Assembly: GCA_963712665.1 (NCBI GenBank)
Contig: CAVQIV010000005.1
Coordinates: 142,356-206,355 of the forward strand
From: Thermoanaerobaculaceae bacterium
GTDB taxonomy: Bacteria > Acidobacteriota > Thermoanaerobaculia > Multivoradales > UBA5704
Direction: 5' to 3'
Length of the DNA stretch: 64,000 bases
Shown: piece by piece, positions 7,517-16,739 of the stretch
How the letters are laid out: each line of letters starts with the position of its first letter
How positions within the stretch are numbered: the first letter of the stretch is position 1
The notes under the pieces: generated by a model
The model's database searches: none
Seen by the model: only the letters and a program-made list of their open reading frames with translations
Told to the model about the DNA's origin: nothing
Translations under genes and position numbers: made by a program

Positions 7517-8464
7517 TCAGAGACCTAACCGTAACGTGAGTTTGCCCTGCTTGAGGTTTTGGAACTTCTGCGTCGGATCACGGCCATGGTCGTATTCGAC
7601 GCCGATGCCGATGGTGTGCTTCTTATCGAGGTAATGTGTAAGCATCACGCTGAGGTAGTGGTTGTTCGACAGGATGGGCTGGCCGCCGGTGCGCCAGCGG
7701 TAGGTGAAGTCGACGCTGGCCTCGTTGCGATCTTCCATATTCGCATTGAACAGGTATAGAACGACGAAAAGACGCGCCCGGGCAAAGCTGATGTCTGTGG
7801 GTTTTTGCTCGGTATCGGTGCGGTCAAAGAGGCCTTTCTTCCCGTAGTACTCCGCTCCGACGCTTGGTGAGTAGAGCCAAAGGTGCCGACCTTCGGTGTC
7901 CACGGTGATAGCGTTCGGGTAGTAATTCTTCAGGCTCACGATAGTGAATGAAACAATGTGCTCGCTTCCGGTTGTATTGGTTAACACGTCGCGCGTTAGT
8001 CCCGGTTTGAGCGATATAGAATAGCCAACGGTGTGCTGTGGAACACCTGCAGGGTTGGGCGCAGGGCTGCCATCGGGAAGGAAGCCGCGAAGCTGGCCTT
8101 GTGCGAACTCAATGTTTAGTTTGGCGCCGACAGTATTGCTAGGCTTGGGCGTGTTCGTGCGGTGCCACTCAATGCTCGGACCGATAGGGAGCGTATGCGT
8201 GATCGAGTCCTTCAGTGGGTCCCACTCGACGAGCTTCACACCGATGTCGGCGGTGTACAGCGGATTGAGGTAGGAGAACGCTGCGGGCTTGCTCTCATTT
8301 TTTGATCCGTCGAATGTTTGTCGAACCGAGAGACCCTTGCTCTGCCAGGCCTGGAGCCAGCGCGCGACGGTGGACTCTTCAGACGCCGCTGGGGACGCGG
8401 CTTGTTGTGCCACTGCGCTGGTCGCTGCTACAAGGAGTAGTAGGAAGGTTAGGTATCGTCTCAT
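7517..8464 (-). CDS. secreted protein, probable outer-membrane beta-barrel (315 aa)
   Basis: Signal peptide MRRYLTFLLLLVAATSAVAQQ. The body is rich in alternating aromatic/polar strands and ends ...KLTLRLGL. It lies in a lower-GC island. No family assignment. Confidence 0.55.
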   Translation of the reverse strand: MRRYLTFLLLLVAATSAVAQQAASPAASEESTVARWLQAWQSKGLSVRQTFDGSKNESKPAAFSYLNPLYTADIGVKLVEWDPLKDSITHTLPIGPSIEWHRTNTPKPSNTVGAKLNIEFAQGQLRGFLPDGSPAPNPAGVPQHTVGYSISLKPGLTRDVLTNTTGSEHIVSFTIVSLKNYYPNAITVDTEGRHLWLYSPSVGAEYYGKKGLFDRTDTEQKPTDISFARARLFVVLYLFNANMEDRNEASVDFTYRWRTGGQPILSNNHYLSVMLTHYLDKKHTIGIGVEYDHGRDPTQKFQNLKQGKLTLRLGL

Positions 8465-8754
8465 GACTTGATCCTCGTGCGGACGATGTCGTTGATGCCC
8501 TTGACGGTTTGCTTAGACTTGCGTACTTCAGCGACCGTAATGGTCTGGTCGGGCCGGAAGTACTTGATGTACGCGCGCAGCGCCATCGCAAGGAACGGCA
8601 TACTCTCGTCGGGGATACGAAGATCGGCTGATAGCTCGTCCGTATCGTTGATCTGAGATGGCTTCTTCTTTGCGAATCCAGCGATGATCCCGACGACAGC
8701 CTCGTGGATCTGGGCATCGGTCGGTGGTGTGTCGTTTGCCATCTTCATTACCAT
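8461..8754 (-). CDS. hypothetical small protein (97 aa)
   Basis: The ORF overlaps the start of the downstream barrel gene by 4 nt (ATGA), suggesting an operon. The weak ACP-like helix pattern (DLRIPDESMPFLAMAL) is not convincing. Confidence 0.5.
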   Translation of the reverse strand: MVMKMANDTPPTDAQIHEAVVGIIAGFAKKKPSQINDTDELSADLRIPDESMPFLAMALRAYIKYFRPDQTITVAEVRKSKQTVKGINDIVRTRIKS

Positions 8755-9017
8755 AATGGAATCTCCTCATTTGCTGTAGAAGGACGTTGCTCTCGTTTTC
8801 TCCATCCGTGTTCAACCCGTACCTACGTTCGAGTCCCGGGTCGCCCCCGTCCGCCGCTGCATATCCCCGGACGGTGGATGATTCGGGCTGCTATAACTGG
8901 AGAACGAACGACTTCGCGGTTTCGAACTAAGGAGTGACTCGGGGTGTCCTCAGGTAGGCGGGCGGTGTCGGGCGAGCGGCTGGAGTTCGCGTATCTAAGG
9001 CGTAAGGCGGTCAAAAA

Positions 9018-9046
9018 TTGACTCAGGGCTTTGACCTTGCTACCAT
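9018..9046 (+). promoter_or_regulatory. candidate sigma70-type promoter for the ECF sigma gene
   Basis: TTGACT (9018-9023), a 17-nt spacer, then TACCAT (9041-9046), ~28 nt upstream of the ATG at 9074. Pattern match only. Confidence 0.3.
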
Positions 9047-9073
9047 CTCTAGCGAGCAAACGAAACTGCCTGT

Positions 9074-9775
9074 ATGGAGCATCCACCGAACGGCCGAAAG
9101 CTATCGCCCGATGCAGTGGCACCGCGTTCGGATGGGTTCGGTTCACGTCGGCCTCAAGGTTCAGAGGCAAACGAACACCAGGCGCCGCGGGCCGTTGAGG
9201 ACGTCAGGTCGGCCTCTGGATTGACGACCTCCCTCCGCCTGTTCCTGCGCGCTCGCCAGGGTGGCTCGACCGCGCTGAACCGACTTTTCGGGCACTTTCT
9301 ACCAGGTCTGCAACGCTGGGCGCGGGGACGGCTCCCTTCCTGGGCGCGCAGACGGATCGACACCGTGGATCTTGTTCAGGAGGCGTTGGTCAATCTTTTC
9401 CGGCATTTAGGCCGCATCGAGCCCAAGCGGCGGCGGGCAGTGCGAGCCTATCTGCAAGAGTCCATACGGAACCGCATCCGGGACGAGATCCGGCGGGCTG
9501 GCCAAGTCGAGACTTCGGAAGGGCCCACTCCCTCCTTGCCCGACCCAGGCACTTCACCCCTGGATCGGGTGATCGCATTCGAGAACACAGCTCGCTATCG
9601 TGAAGCTTTGCGACGGCTCGATCCCGGCGATCACGAGCTGATTGTGGCCCGGGTCGAAATGGGCTTCAGTTACGAGCAGCTTGCTCTTGCCACTGGGCGG
9701 CCCTCGTCAGACGCTGCGCGAGTGGCGGTCCGCAGGGCGCTCCTCCGCCTCGCCGAGGAGCTCCAGAGTGCCTAA
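9074..9775 (+). CDS. ECF-family RNA polymerase sigma factor
   Basis: Region 2 (TVDLVQEALVNLFRHL...RAYLQESIRNRIRDEIRR) and a region 4 HTH (LDPGDHELIVARVEMGFSYEQLALATGRPSSDAARVAVRRALLRLAEEL). The true start may lie downstream of 9074, because the first ~45 aa look non-sigma. Confidence 0.8.
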   Translation: MEHPPNGRKLSPDAVAPRSDGFGSRRPQGSEANEHQAPRAVEDVRSASGLTTSLRLFLRARQGGSTALNRLFGHFLPGLQRWARGRLPSWARRRIDTVDLVQEALVNLFRHLGRIEPKRRRAVRAYLQESIRNRIRDEIRRAGQVETSEGPTPSLPDPGTSPLDRVIAFENTARYREALRRLDPGDHELIVARVEMGFSYEQLALATGRPSSDAARVAVRRALLRLAEELQSA

Positions 9776-12506
9776 CTCTTCCCGACTCTTGAAGAATATA
9801 GCCGCCGCGGTCGCGGACGGGGCGGTGACCGATTGGGACGAGGTCAACCAACGGCTCGCCGGATCTCCCCTCACTAAGTTGGTGGCCGGCCTCAGGTTGG
9901 TTCAACAACTGAGCTCGCATGGGAGCACCAGCACAGCCATCCCCAGCGGGATACCGGGTCGGCTCGACCTCGAGGCGCCTGGTGCATCCCTGGCGCTCCG
10001 CGCCCTGTTTCTTTTTTCCGGCGCTCAGGTCGTCTTGGCGATCCTCGGAGTGCTTTTCGGGGAAACCGACAGGAATCCTCTGCCGGCATTGCCCGTTCTG
10101 CTCGCCGCCATCGTTTTTGGTGGAGCGGGGATCGTCCTCGTCCGCGCGGGCCGACGCGACCGGCGAGTGCTCTCCCTGGGCGGCTGCTTTCTTTGCATCG
10201 CTTCCGCCACATCGTTGAGATTCGTCCCCCTTGCGGCCCCACTCCTGCCGTCGAAGGGCTTGTTGCCGCTCTTTACGGCCTTTCTGCCGGAATGCTTCCT
10301 GGCGTTCTTCCTCTGGCGATTCGTCCGCGAGTTCCCACGGGTCGTCAGGCTGGACCGGTGGGCTCGAGTTGTCGATGCCGCGGTCCTGGCGACGGGTCTC
10401 CTGGGATTCCTCCTGTGCGCTTTGAATGTGCTGGCTTTCCTTGTACCCGATTCCCCTATCATTCATCTGGCCGTTGGAGCGACCTTGTTACGGCAGCGCG
10501 CGAGCCTCTACTGGCTGCTCCTCTGCGGTTCGTGCTTGCCGGCGCCCTTCGTCGCCTGGGCGCGAAGCCGCCTCGCGGCCTCGGCCGAGCGACGCCGTGT
10601 GCGCTGGTTCCTTTCCGGCTTGGCACTCGGGTTTGTGCCGCTCTTCGGAGCCGTCGTGGCGGCAACTCTGTCGCCGGCATTCGACAGGTACTCGACCCAA
10701 CCCGAAAGTCGGGCCTGGCTCGCGGTGGTCCTGAACGGTTTTCTCTTGACCCTTCCGCTGACCACGACCTACGCCGTCGTCGCCCACCATCTCCTGCCCC
10801 TGCGGCAGCTCCTGCGCCGCGCGGCGCGCCTCACGCTGGCCCGCCGCAGCCTGGCGGTGCTGGGCTTCCTGCCGGGCTTCCTGCTGGTGTCGTATCTGTA
10901 CCGGCAGAGGGCTCGCCCACTGACTGCCATCCTGCTGCAACCACCCGGTCCCGCTCTGCTCGCCTTGACCGCTCTCGGTTGGGTTGCCTTTGCCTTGCGC
11001 GGTACCCTCCTGGAGCCCGTCAAAGGGCTCTTGATGAGAGGGCGCCAAGACTTGGCGCTCGTCCTCGCGTCGTTCGGCCGCGATGCAAAAATGGTCCGCA
11101 CGGCACAAGAGTTCAGCTTGACGGTGAGCCGCTGTGTCATCGACCTTGTGGCGGCAGAGCACGCGACTCTGCTCCTGCGCGATGGCCCAGAGACTTATCG
11201 GGGGGTCGAGCGAGGACTGCGACCCCTGGCTTCCTCTTCCGCCTTCGCGCGACTCGTTGGCTCCTCCCCCGAGCCGGCGACGGTCGCTGAGGAGGGTCCT
11301 GACTCGCTGTTCCCATGGCTGATCGAAGCCGACCGCCAGTGGGTCGCGGACGCCGACGCTCATCTGATTGCGCCCGTCCTCGGCGGCGACGGCCAGCCGC
11401 AAGCCTTGCTGGTCCTTGGCGGAGCGCGTGGCGGACTGCCGTACACGAAAGACGAGAAGCGGGTGATCGCCGCCTTCGCCTCGGCCGCATCTCTGGCTAC
11501 GGAGACGATCGTCGAGGGCGCCCCGTTCCTGGGCGGTGACCTGCGGATCGTGGATCAGCCGGCGGGGCAGTGCCTACGCTGTGGGAGCGTGGAGGAGCGA
11601 GCCGAGGGCCGATGTGCCTGCGGCCAGGAGTTGGTTCCTGCCGCGATCCCTTATGAATTGGCGGGGAAGTTCCGGCTCGAGGCTGTTCTCGGGAGAGGTG
11701 GAATGGGCATCGTCTATCGCGCCCTCGACCTCGCGCTCGAGCGGGTCGTGGCGCTCAAGACACTGCCGCACCTTCGCGCAGACGCTCTCGTCCGCTTGCG
11801 CAGGGAAGCGCGATCCATGGCGGGCTTCCTCCATCCCAATCTGGCGCTGATCTTCGGGCTTGAGACCTGGCGGGGCGTCCCGGTCCTGGTCGTGGAGTAC
11901 CTCGCGAAGGGGAGCCTGGCCCCCCAGGTGACCACACCCCAAGCTCCGAGAAAAATGCTTGGGCTTACGGCCGACGTGGCAGCGGCTCTTGAGGTGATGC
12001 ATGCCCGGGGGCTCCTGCATCGCGATGTGAAGCCGAGCAACATCGGGCTCGCTGCGGATGGCACCCCCAAGCTGCTCGATTTTGGCCTCGCGCACCTCGT
12101 GGAGGAAACTCAGCTCGATCTGCGCAACGCCCGCGAAGGGCTGGATGCTCTCGAAGACGGTGACCTCGCCAGGACTCTCACCGGTCACGTGGTCGGGACC
12201 CCCCTCTATCTATCACCGGAAGCTCTCGCGGGTGCACCGCCCTCGCCGGCCCAGGATCTCTGGAGCCTGCACCTCGTGCTGTGGGAATCGATCGCCGGCC
12301 GTCATCCATGCGCCGGTAAGTCTCTCACTGCGGCGCTTCGGAACCTAGCTCGGAACAGCATTCCCGATATCCGGACGGTACGGCCCGATTGTCCCCCGGC
12401 CGTCGCGGAGTTGCTCGTGCGCGGGCTCAGCTCCGACCCGCACCTTCGCCTACCGACGGCTAGCGCGGTTAGAGATTCCCTACTGCGCGCTGCCGAGGCG
12501 GCCTAA
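9768..12506 (+). CDS. membrane-embedded Ser/Thr protein kinase with polytopic N-terminal region, Cys-rich ribbon and C-terminal Hanks kinase domain
   Basis: Kinase motifs: GRGGMGIVYRA, VALK, HRDVKPSNIGL, DFGLA, GTPLYLSPE. CLRCGS...CACGQ lies just upstream of the kinase domain, and many hydrophobic helices occupy the first ~450 aa. I propose a GTG start at 9768, which overlaps the sigma-factor stop by 8 nt. The track ORF start at 9642 lies inside the sigma gene. Confidence 0.85.
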   Translation: MPNSSRLLKNIAAAVADGAVTDWDEVNQRLAGSPLTKLVAGLRLVQQLSSHGSTSTAIPSGIPGRLDLEAPGASLALRALFLFSGAQVVLAILGVLFGETDRNPLPALPVLLAAIVFGGAGIVLVRAGRRDRRVLSLGGCFLCIASATSLRFVPLAAPLLPSKGLLPLFTAFLPECFLAFFLWRFVREFPRVVRLDRWARVVDAAVLATGLLGFLLCALNVLAFLVPDSPIIHLAVGATLLRQRASLYWLLLCGSCLPAPFVAWARSRLAASAERRRVRWFLSGLALGFVPLFGAVVAATLSPAFDRYSTQPESRAWLAVVLNGFLLTLPLTTTYAVVAHHLLPLRQLLRRAARLTLARRSLAVLGFLPGFLLVSYLYRQRARPLTAILLQPPGPALLALTALGWVAFALRGTLLEPVKGLLMRGRQDLALVLASFGRDAKMVRTAQEFSLTVSRCVIDLVAAEHATLLLRDGPETYRGVERGLRPLASSSAFARLVGSSPEPATVAEEGPDSLFPWLIEADRQWVADADAHLIAPVLGGDGQPQALLVLGGARGGLPYTKDEKRVIAAFASAASLATETIVEGAPFLGGDLRIVDQPAGQCLRCGSVEERAEGRCACGQELVPAAIPYELAGKFRLEAVLGRGGMGIVYRALDLALERVVALKTLPHLRADALVRLRREARSMAGFLHPNLALIFGLETWRGVPVLVVEYLAKGSLAPQVTTPQAPRKMLGLTADVAAALEVMHARGLLHRDVKPSNIGLAADGTPKLLDFGLAHLVEETQLDLRNAREGLDALEDGDLARTLTGHVVGTPLYLSPEALAGAPPSPAQDLWSLHLVLWESIAGRHPCAGKSLTAALRNLARNSIPDIRTVRPDCPPAVAELLVRGLSSDPHLRLPTASAVRDSLLRAAEAA

Positions 12507-12608
12507 AAGAACTTACTCGGCAGCTGTTCGGATTCCGCCCTTCGTACGTTGTTCAGAGTAGAAGCGCTCCTGCCCGTGATGGGAGGAGATCCATAGGAGG
12601 TATTTTCA

Positions 12609-13082
12609 ATGGCGACGGACAAATGGGACGTTGAAGGTGCCCTGGCTGTAGTCGTACGAGCGATCCAGGATGGCTCATCACTGTCCATAACAGGATTGGA
12701 GGATGGGTACAAGCGGCGCCTTTACAAGGATTTTAAGTATCATTGGGATAACGACAGCGATCCGTACTCGTGGCCCAAGGCCCAGGACAGGGTTCTTAAA
12801 TTGGCCGAGCTGGTAGGAAGCCTGGCGACCGCGTTAACCATTCTAAAAGCAGTCAACAAAAAAATGCCTATTCCTAGGACAGTCGATCCGACTAGTGCCT
12901 ATTTGGCAGGGTTACTTGTGGCGAAAGTCATCTGCCCCGACGGGGTATGGTGCATGCACTACGATGACTATAATGAATCTGCGGTACGGACTCTGCCGCC
13001 GAAGCTTGTAAGCGCGCTTCAGGAATGCTTGAAAGAAATAGAGATCCTGTCGCAGGACGAACCTACAGGCGGCTCTCGATGA
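12609..13082 (+). CDS. hypothetical protein (157 aa), low-GC orphan
   Basis: Clean ORF preceded by ggaggtattttcaATG. GC is markedly lower than the flanks. No motif recognised. Confidence 0.5.
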   Translation: MATDKWDVEGALAVVVRAIQDGSSLSITGLEDGYKRRLYKDFKYHWDNDSDPYSWPKAQDRVLKLAELVGSLATALTILKAVNKKMPIPRTVDPTSAYLAGLLVAKVICPDGVWCMHYDDYNESAVRTLPPKLVSALQECLKEIEILSQDEPTGGSR

Positions 13083-13356
13083 GGCGAAGCGGGTCCTGCA
13101 GCGCACTCGCTCGGTAGCTTCCGCCGGCCCAGCGCGCACGGGACCTCAAAGAGGTGGTCCGTCAAAGAGATCCGGCGGTGTTTCTGTCCAGCCATGAAGG
13201 GCGGCCCTGGAGGAAAGCTGCTTCAAGGAGAAGGAGCCAAGGCATTCTTGTCGGCTGGCACCGCCGGTTAGACCTCGGGCGTTGACCGTCGAAGGTATTA
13301 TTCAGCACGACCACTCGCCCATGCCACATTAACGTGTCTAACAAAAAGGAGGAGAT

Positions 13357-13662
13357 ATGAACCGAAGAGCGTCAACGCTTACCTTGTGCCTAGTTCTCGG
13401 AGGCATTCTTATAGCAGGTCGTGTTTCAGCACAGACAAAGATGGATATAGACCAAGTTCACCAAAACACGAGCAACAGAACGGCTATAGTGATTGGGTTT
13501 TGCAACGCCACGAAGGACAACAAGGACCTTGAAGGTCGCGTTGGCGAGAAGAATACAGAGGCTGAAGCAGGAACTGCCGATGGTGGCGTCTCTTTCGGGT
13601 ACGGATCGCGAAACCATCACTATAGTAGTGCCGCCGAAGTGGTATTACAAAATAGCAGTTAA
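13357..13662 (+). CDS. small secreted protein (101 aa)
   Basis: Strong RBS (aaaggaggagatATG) and signal peptide MNRRASTLTLCLVLGGILIAGRVSAQ. Lies in a low-GC island. Confidence 0.55.
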   Translation: MNRRASTLTLCLVLGGILIAGRVSAQTKMDIDQVHQNTSNRTAIVIGFCNATKDNKDLEGRVGEKNTEAEAGTADGGVSFGYGSRNHHYSSAAEVVLQNSS

Positions 13663-13861
13663 ACCCCGCGTTCCGATGAAGGGTAGTTGTATTGCTACTG
13701 CGTGGAAAATCAAGCCCTAGTGACGTGATGCGCACATGCTCTGGACCCGCGCTGGATCAAGGAGCCAGGGCTTTCTTGAAGATCGTCTTGGCTGAGGCGA
13801 TGAGTAGGCCCAGGCACCGTTGTTTGGCTTCGCAAAAGGGCCGGTTCGGATCCCCGCCTGG

Positions 13862-14035
13862 GCACACCTTCCCCTCTACAGACTCGGCTCGCGACGTTGG
13901 CATAGGGCGGGCGATGAGGCTGTCAAAAAGCGCTTGAGTGTCCTCTATCCAGCCACGAAGGGCAGGGCTGGCGGAAAGCTGCCGCAGGGGAAGGGCGCGT
14001 CGCGGTCACCGCGGCGCGGCCTTTCGGGCGCTTCC
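13862..14035. repeat. dispersed repeat R1, core copy b (partner at 4138-4312)
   Basis: See copy a. The leftward extension to AAGGAGCCAGGGC at 13758 is shared. Short related pieces occur at 13228-13250 and 18990-19003. Confidence 0.7.
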
Positions 14036-14199
14036 CAGCATTCTTTGGTGCTGTATCCGGTGCTGGGCACCTATTCGGGCAAGCCGGCAAGGAGGGGGTT
14101 CGCTGTGGCGGTTGGAGGCGCCGCAAGGCGCGCCGCATACCTTGGGGCGACGACTTCGTCGCCGTTGACCCTGCATAGGATTCGTGCGACGCTCTATGC

Positions 14200-14409
14200 A
14201 TGAGAACGACGATCGAGATCGACCGTGATCTCCTCGAAGAGGCAGTGCGGGTCACGGGCGCGGCCACTAAATCGGTCGCCGTCCGGCTGGGTCTGAAGGC
14301 GCTGGTGGACGAGGCGGCCCGCCGACGGTTGGCGGCGCTACACGGGAAAGTGCCCGAGGTCGAGGTCGCTTCACGGCGGCGGCTTCCGATCCGGGATGGC
14401 GAACAGTGA
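14200..14409 (+). CDS. vapB: type II antitoxin VapB (copy 2)
   Basis: Identical to copy 1 except for one residue (KIPE vs KVPE). Confidence 0.85.
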   Translation: MRTTIEIDRDLLEEAVRVTGAATKSVAVRLGLKALVDEAARRRLAALHGKVPEVEVASRRRLPIRDGEQ

Positions 14410-14792
14410 TCCTGGTCGACACCTCTGTATGGGTCGACTTCTTTCGCGGTGCAGACCGCGCGGCGGATCTCGCCGAGCACCTCGAATCCAATCTGGTCTT
14501 GCTTCATCCCTGGGTTCTCGGGGAGCTCGTCCTGGGCGGTCTCGGCCCGCGACGGAAATCCGTGATCGCGGACCTGAAGCGGCTTCCGGTTCCGCCACTT
14601 GTTCCAGATGAAGAGGTGTTGGAGTTGATCCTGGCGCGCAGGCTCAGTGGACGGGGGATCGGCTGGGTCGACGCTCACCTGCTGGCATCTGCACTGGTGG
14701 CTGGCTGCGGGCTCTGGACGTTCGATGGGCACCTTGGAGCAGTAGCTCGAGATCTCGGCGTGGTCTCGGTACACGGGCAGCCATTGCAGTAG
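14406..14792 (+). CDS. vapC: PIN-domain toxin VapC (copy 2)
   Basis: Identical to copy 1 except for the near-C-terminal Q/H difference. Confidence 0.9.
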   Translation: MILVDTSVWVDFFRGADRAADLAEHLESNLVLLHPWVLGELVLGGLGPRRKSVIADLKRLPVPPLVPDEEVLELILARRLSGRGIGWVDAHLLASALVAGCGLWTFDGHLGAVARDLGVVSVHGQPLQ

Positions 14793-15016
14793 CGATGCCG
14801 GAACACCCGCCTTCTGCAGCCAAGGTGCCAGGCACTTATTTCGGGCCGATTGTGGGGTTGGCAGCTCATCTCTCGGGCGCCTGCGTTCTGTCTGCAAGAC
14901 CTCCAGGGACCGAAGGGGGTTGAGGAAAGCCGTTCGCCCAGGCGATGGCGGCGATCGGACCCCGTTTTCCAAGAGGCATCGTCAACTCCTTTCGATCGAT
15001 ACGAAGTGTAGGCTTC

Positions 15017-15054
15017 AGGCCGGAGCGGCCCGATCCCGCGAGCCGCTCCGGCCT
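15017..15054 (-). terminator. GC-rich hairpin downstream of the protease gene (no U-tract)
   Basis: AGGCCGGAGCGGC-ccgatcccgcga-GCCGCTCCGGCCT forms a perfect 13-bp stem 30 nt after the stop at 15084. The lack of a T-run makes intrinsic-terminator function uncertain. Confidence 0.35.
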
Positions 15055-16739
15055 TCAACCTCGTCAACGTCTGCCTGTGCCTATCATTTCTCTATCGCCT
15101 CTCTGTCGACGGTGTGGGTTGCGTCGAAGCTGCTGCTGTCCAGAAACACTCCGCCATCCTTGGCGATGTAGCGGGCCGTCACCTGATGCTCGCCGATCGT
15201 GAGGTCCGACGACGTCAAGGATGCCTGGCCGTTCTGGTCGAGCGGGACCGGGTCTCCAACCTCCTTGTCGTCGATCAGGAACTGGACGGCTCCGGCCGGC
15301 AGATCCTTGTTGCCCGCGGCCCTGGGCGTCACGATCGCCGTGAACGTCGCCGTTTCTCCCTCGGCCGTGGGGTTTTTGGCGTCGTTCACCGTGGTGAAGG
15401 TCGCGCCGGCCCGGATCTTCTGGCTGTTCAGGAATAGATCCGCGAATCCGGGCTCGCCGGTGATCGTGACGTCGAAGACGCAACTGGCGTTCAGGTCTCT
15501 GTCGACGACGGCGCGGCAGAGGGTCGCGGCGTCGCTCGGGTCGAGAGGCTTCGCCACCGGGGCCTTCGGGACGACGCACGGCGGGGTCTCGGGCGGCCAG
15601 GTCGGTAAGGTGAACGTCGTCGTGGACGTGCCGGACGCATAGTCGAACAGGCTGCCGGAGCCGACGCGCCAGGCGGCGCCGAACTTCGAATAGAGATCCA
15701 CGTACCGCTGATGGAGCGTGGCCGGCATGGAGCCCAGCGACGTGCCGCTCGGCAGCGCCGGCAACCAGCTTCTCGGCGCGAGGGGGGCCATGAGGCCGCC
15801 GACGTCCGAGGTGCCGCCACCGCTCGGGTTGCTGCCGTCGAGCCCCTCCGAAGCCGGGTTGCGGAAGACCACCACGGTCAGGTACCACTTGCTCTGGGAA
15901 CCCCAATACTGCGGCGTCACGTAGAGAGCGGTGCCATTCGGGAAGTTGATCTCGTAGCCGCTGACGGCCGGCACTTTGACGATGCGGCCCGCCCCGACGG
16001 CAAGCGCGCTGGTGCCCAGCGTGGTCAGGACGCCGTCCACGCGCACCTGCAGACCGCTGGGATCCGGGACACCGCTGATGTTGGGCTGAATCGTGACCCG
16101 ATGGCCGTCCACCTTGGCGGCCACGGCCGTGTCGATGCTCACGCAGGTCGCGAGCCCATCGTAAGGGTCCCCCACCGGAGGAGCCGTCGAGACGGGCAGG
16201 GAGCGCGTCTGGATCTCCACGCCGTCGAGATCGCGCAGGGCGACGAACTCGCCGGCGCCCTGGAAGTCGTAGTGAATCCCGTCGACGGTGGTGACGTGCG
16301 GGTCACCATCGATCCCCAGCGTTCCGGTGTTGAACGGATCGAGCCAGTCCTTGAGGCGGGTGGCGGACGTGCCGCCGCCGTTCCAACTCACGCTGAACTT
16401 TCCGTACTGGTCCCACAGGCTACCGCTCGGGGCGCCGCAGAACGAAGGCCCGCCGTGCAACTGGCCGATGCAACGCTTGGTGGTGGTGCTGAACAGGCAG
16501 GAGCCGGACGAGCCGGGCTCCGTGACGCCCGAGCTCCAGTTCGCGCGCCAATGGTCGCCCAGCGGGTTCGTCGTCCCCGACCCCCAGAACGTGCTGGTGG
16601 GCGTGCTGTTGGAAAAACTGATCGATTTGACGCCGGCATTGGGATGATGGATCGCGACCGTCATCGGCGGCGCGATGCCCGTGGCATCCCAGCCGGAGTG
16701 GTAGACGTTGTAGACGGCAGGAGGCGCACTCGCCAGCTA

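Larger units (their letters stand above)
14058..14845 (+). repeat. vapBC cassette copy 2 including bracketing direct repeats (14058-14079 CGGTGCTGGGCACCTATTCGGG; 14823-14845 AGGTGCCAGGCACTTATTTCGGG)
   Basis: Duplicate of 6712-7409. The two bracketing sequences are about 80 percent identical to each other, and the right one is identical to the right bracket of copy 1. Confidence 0.85.
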
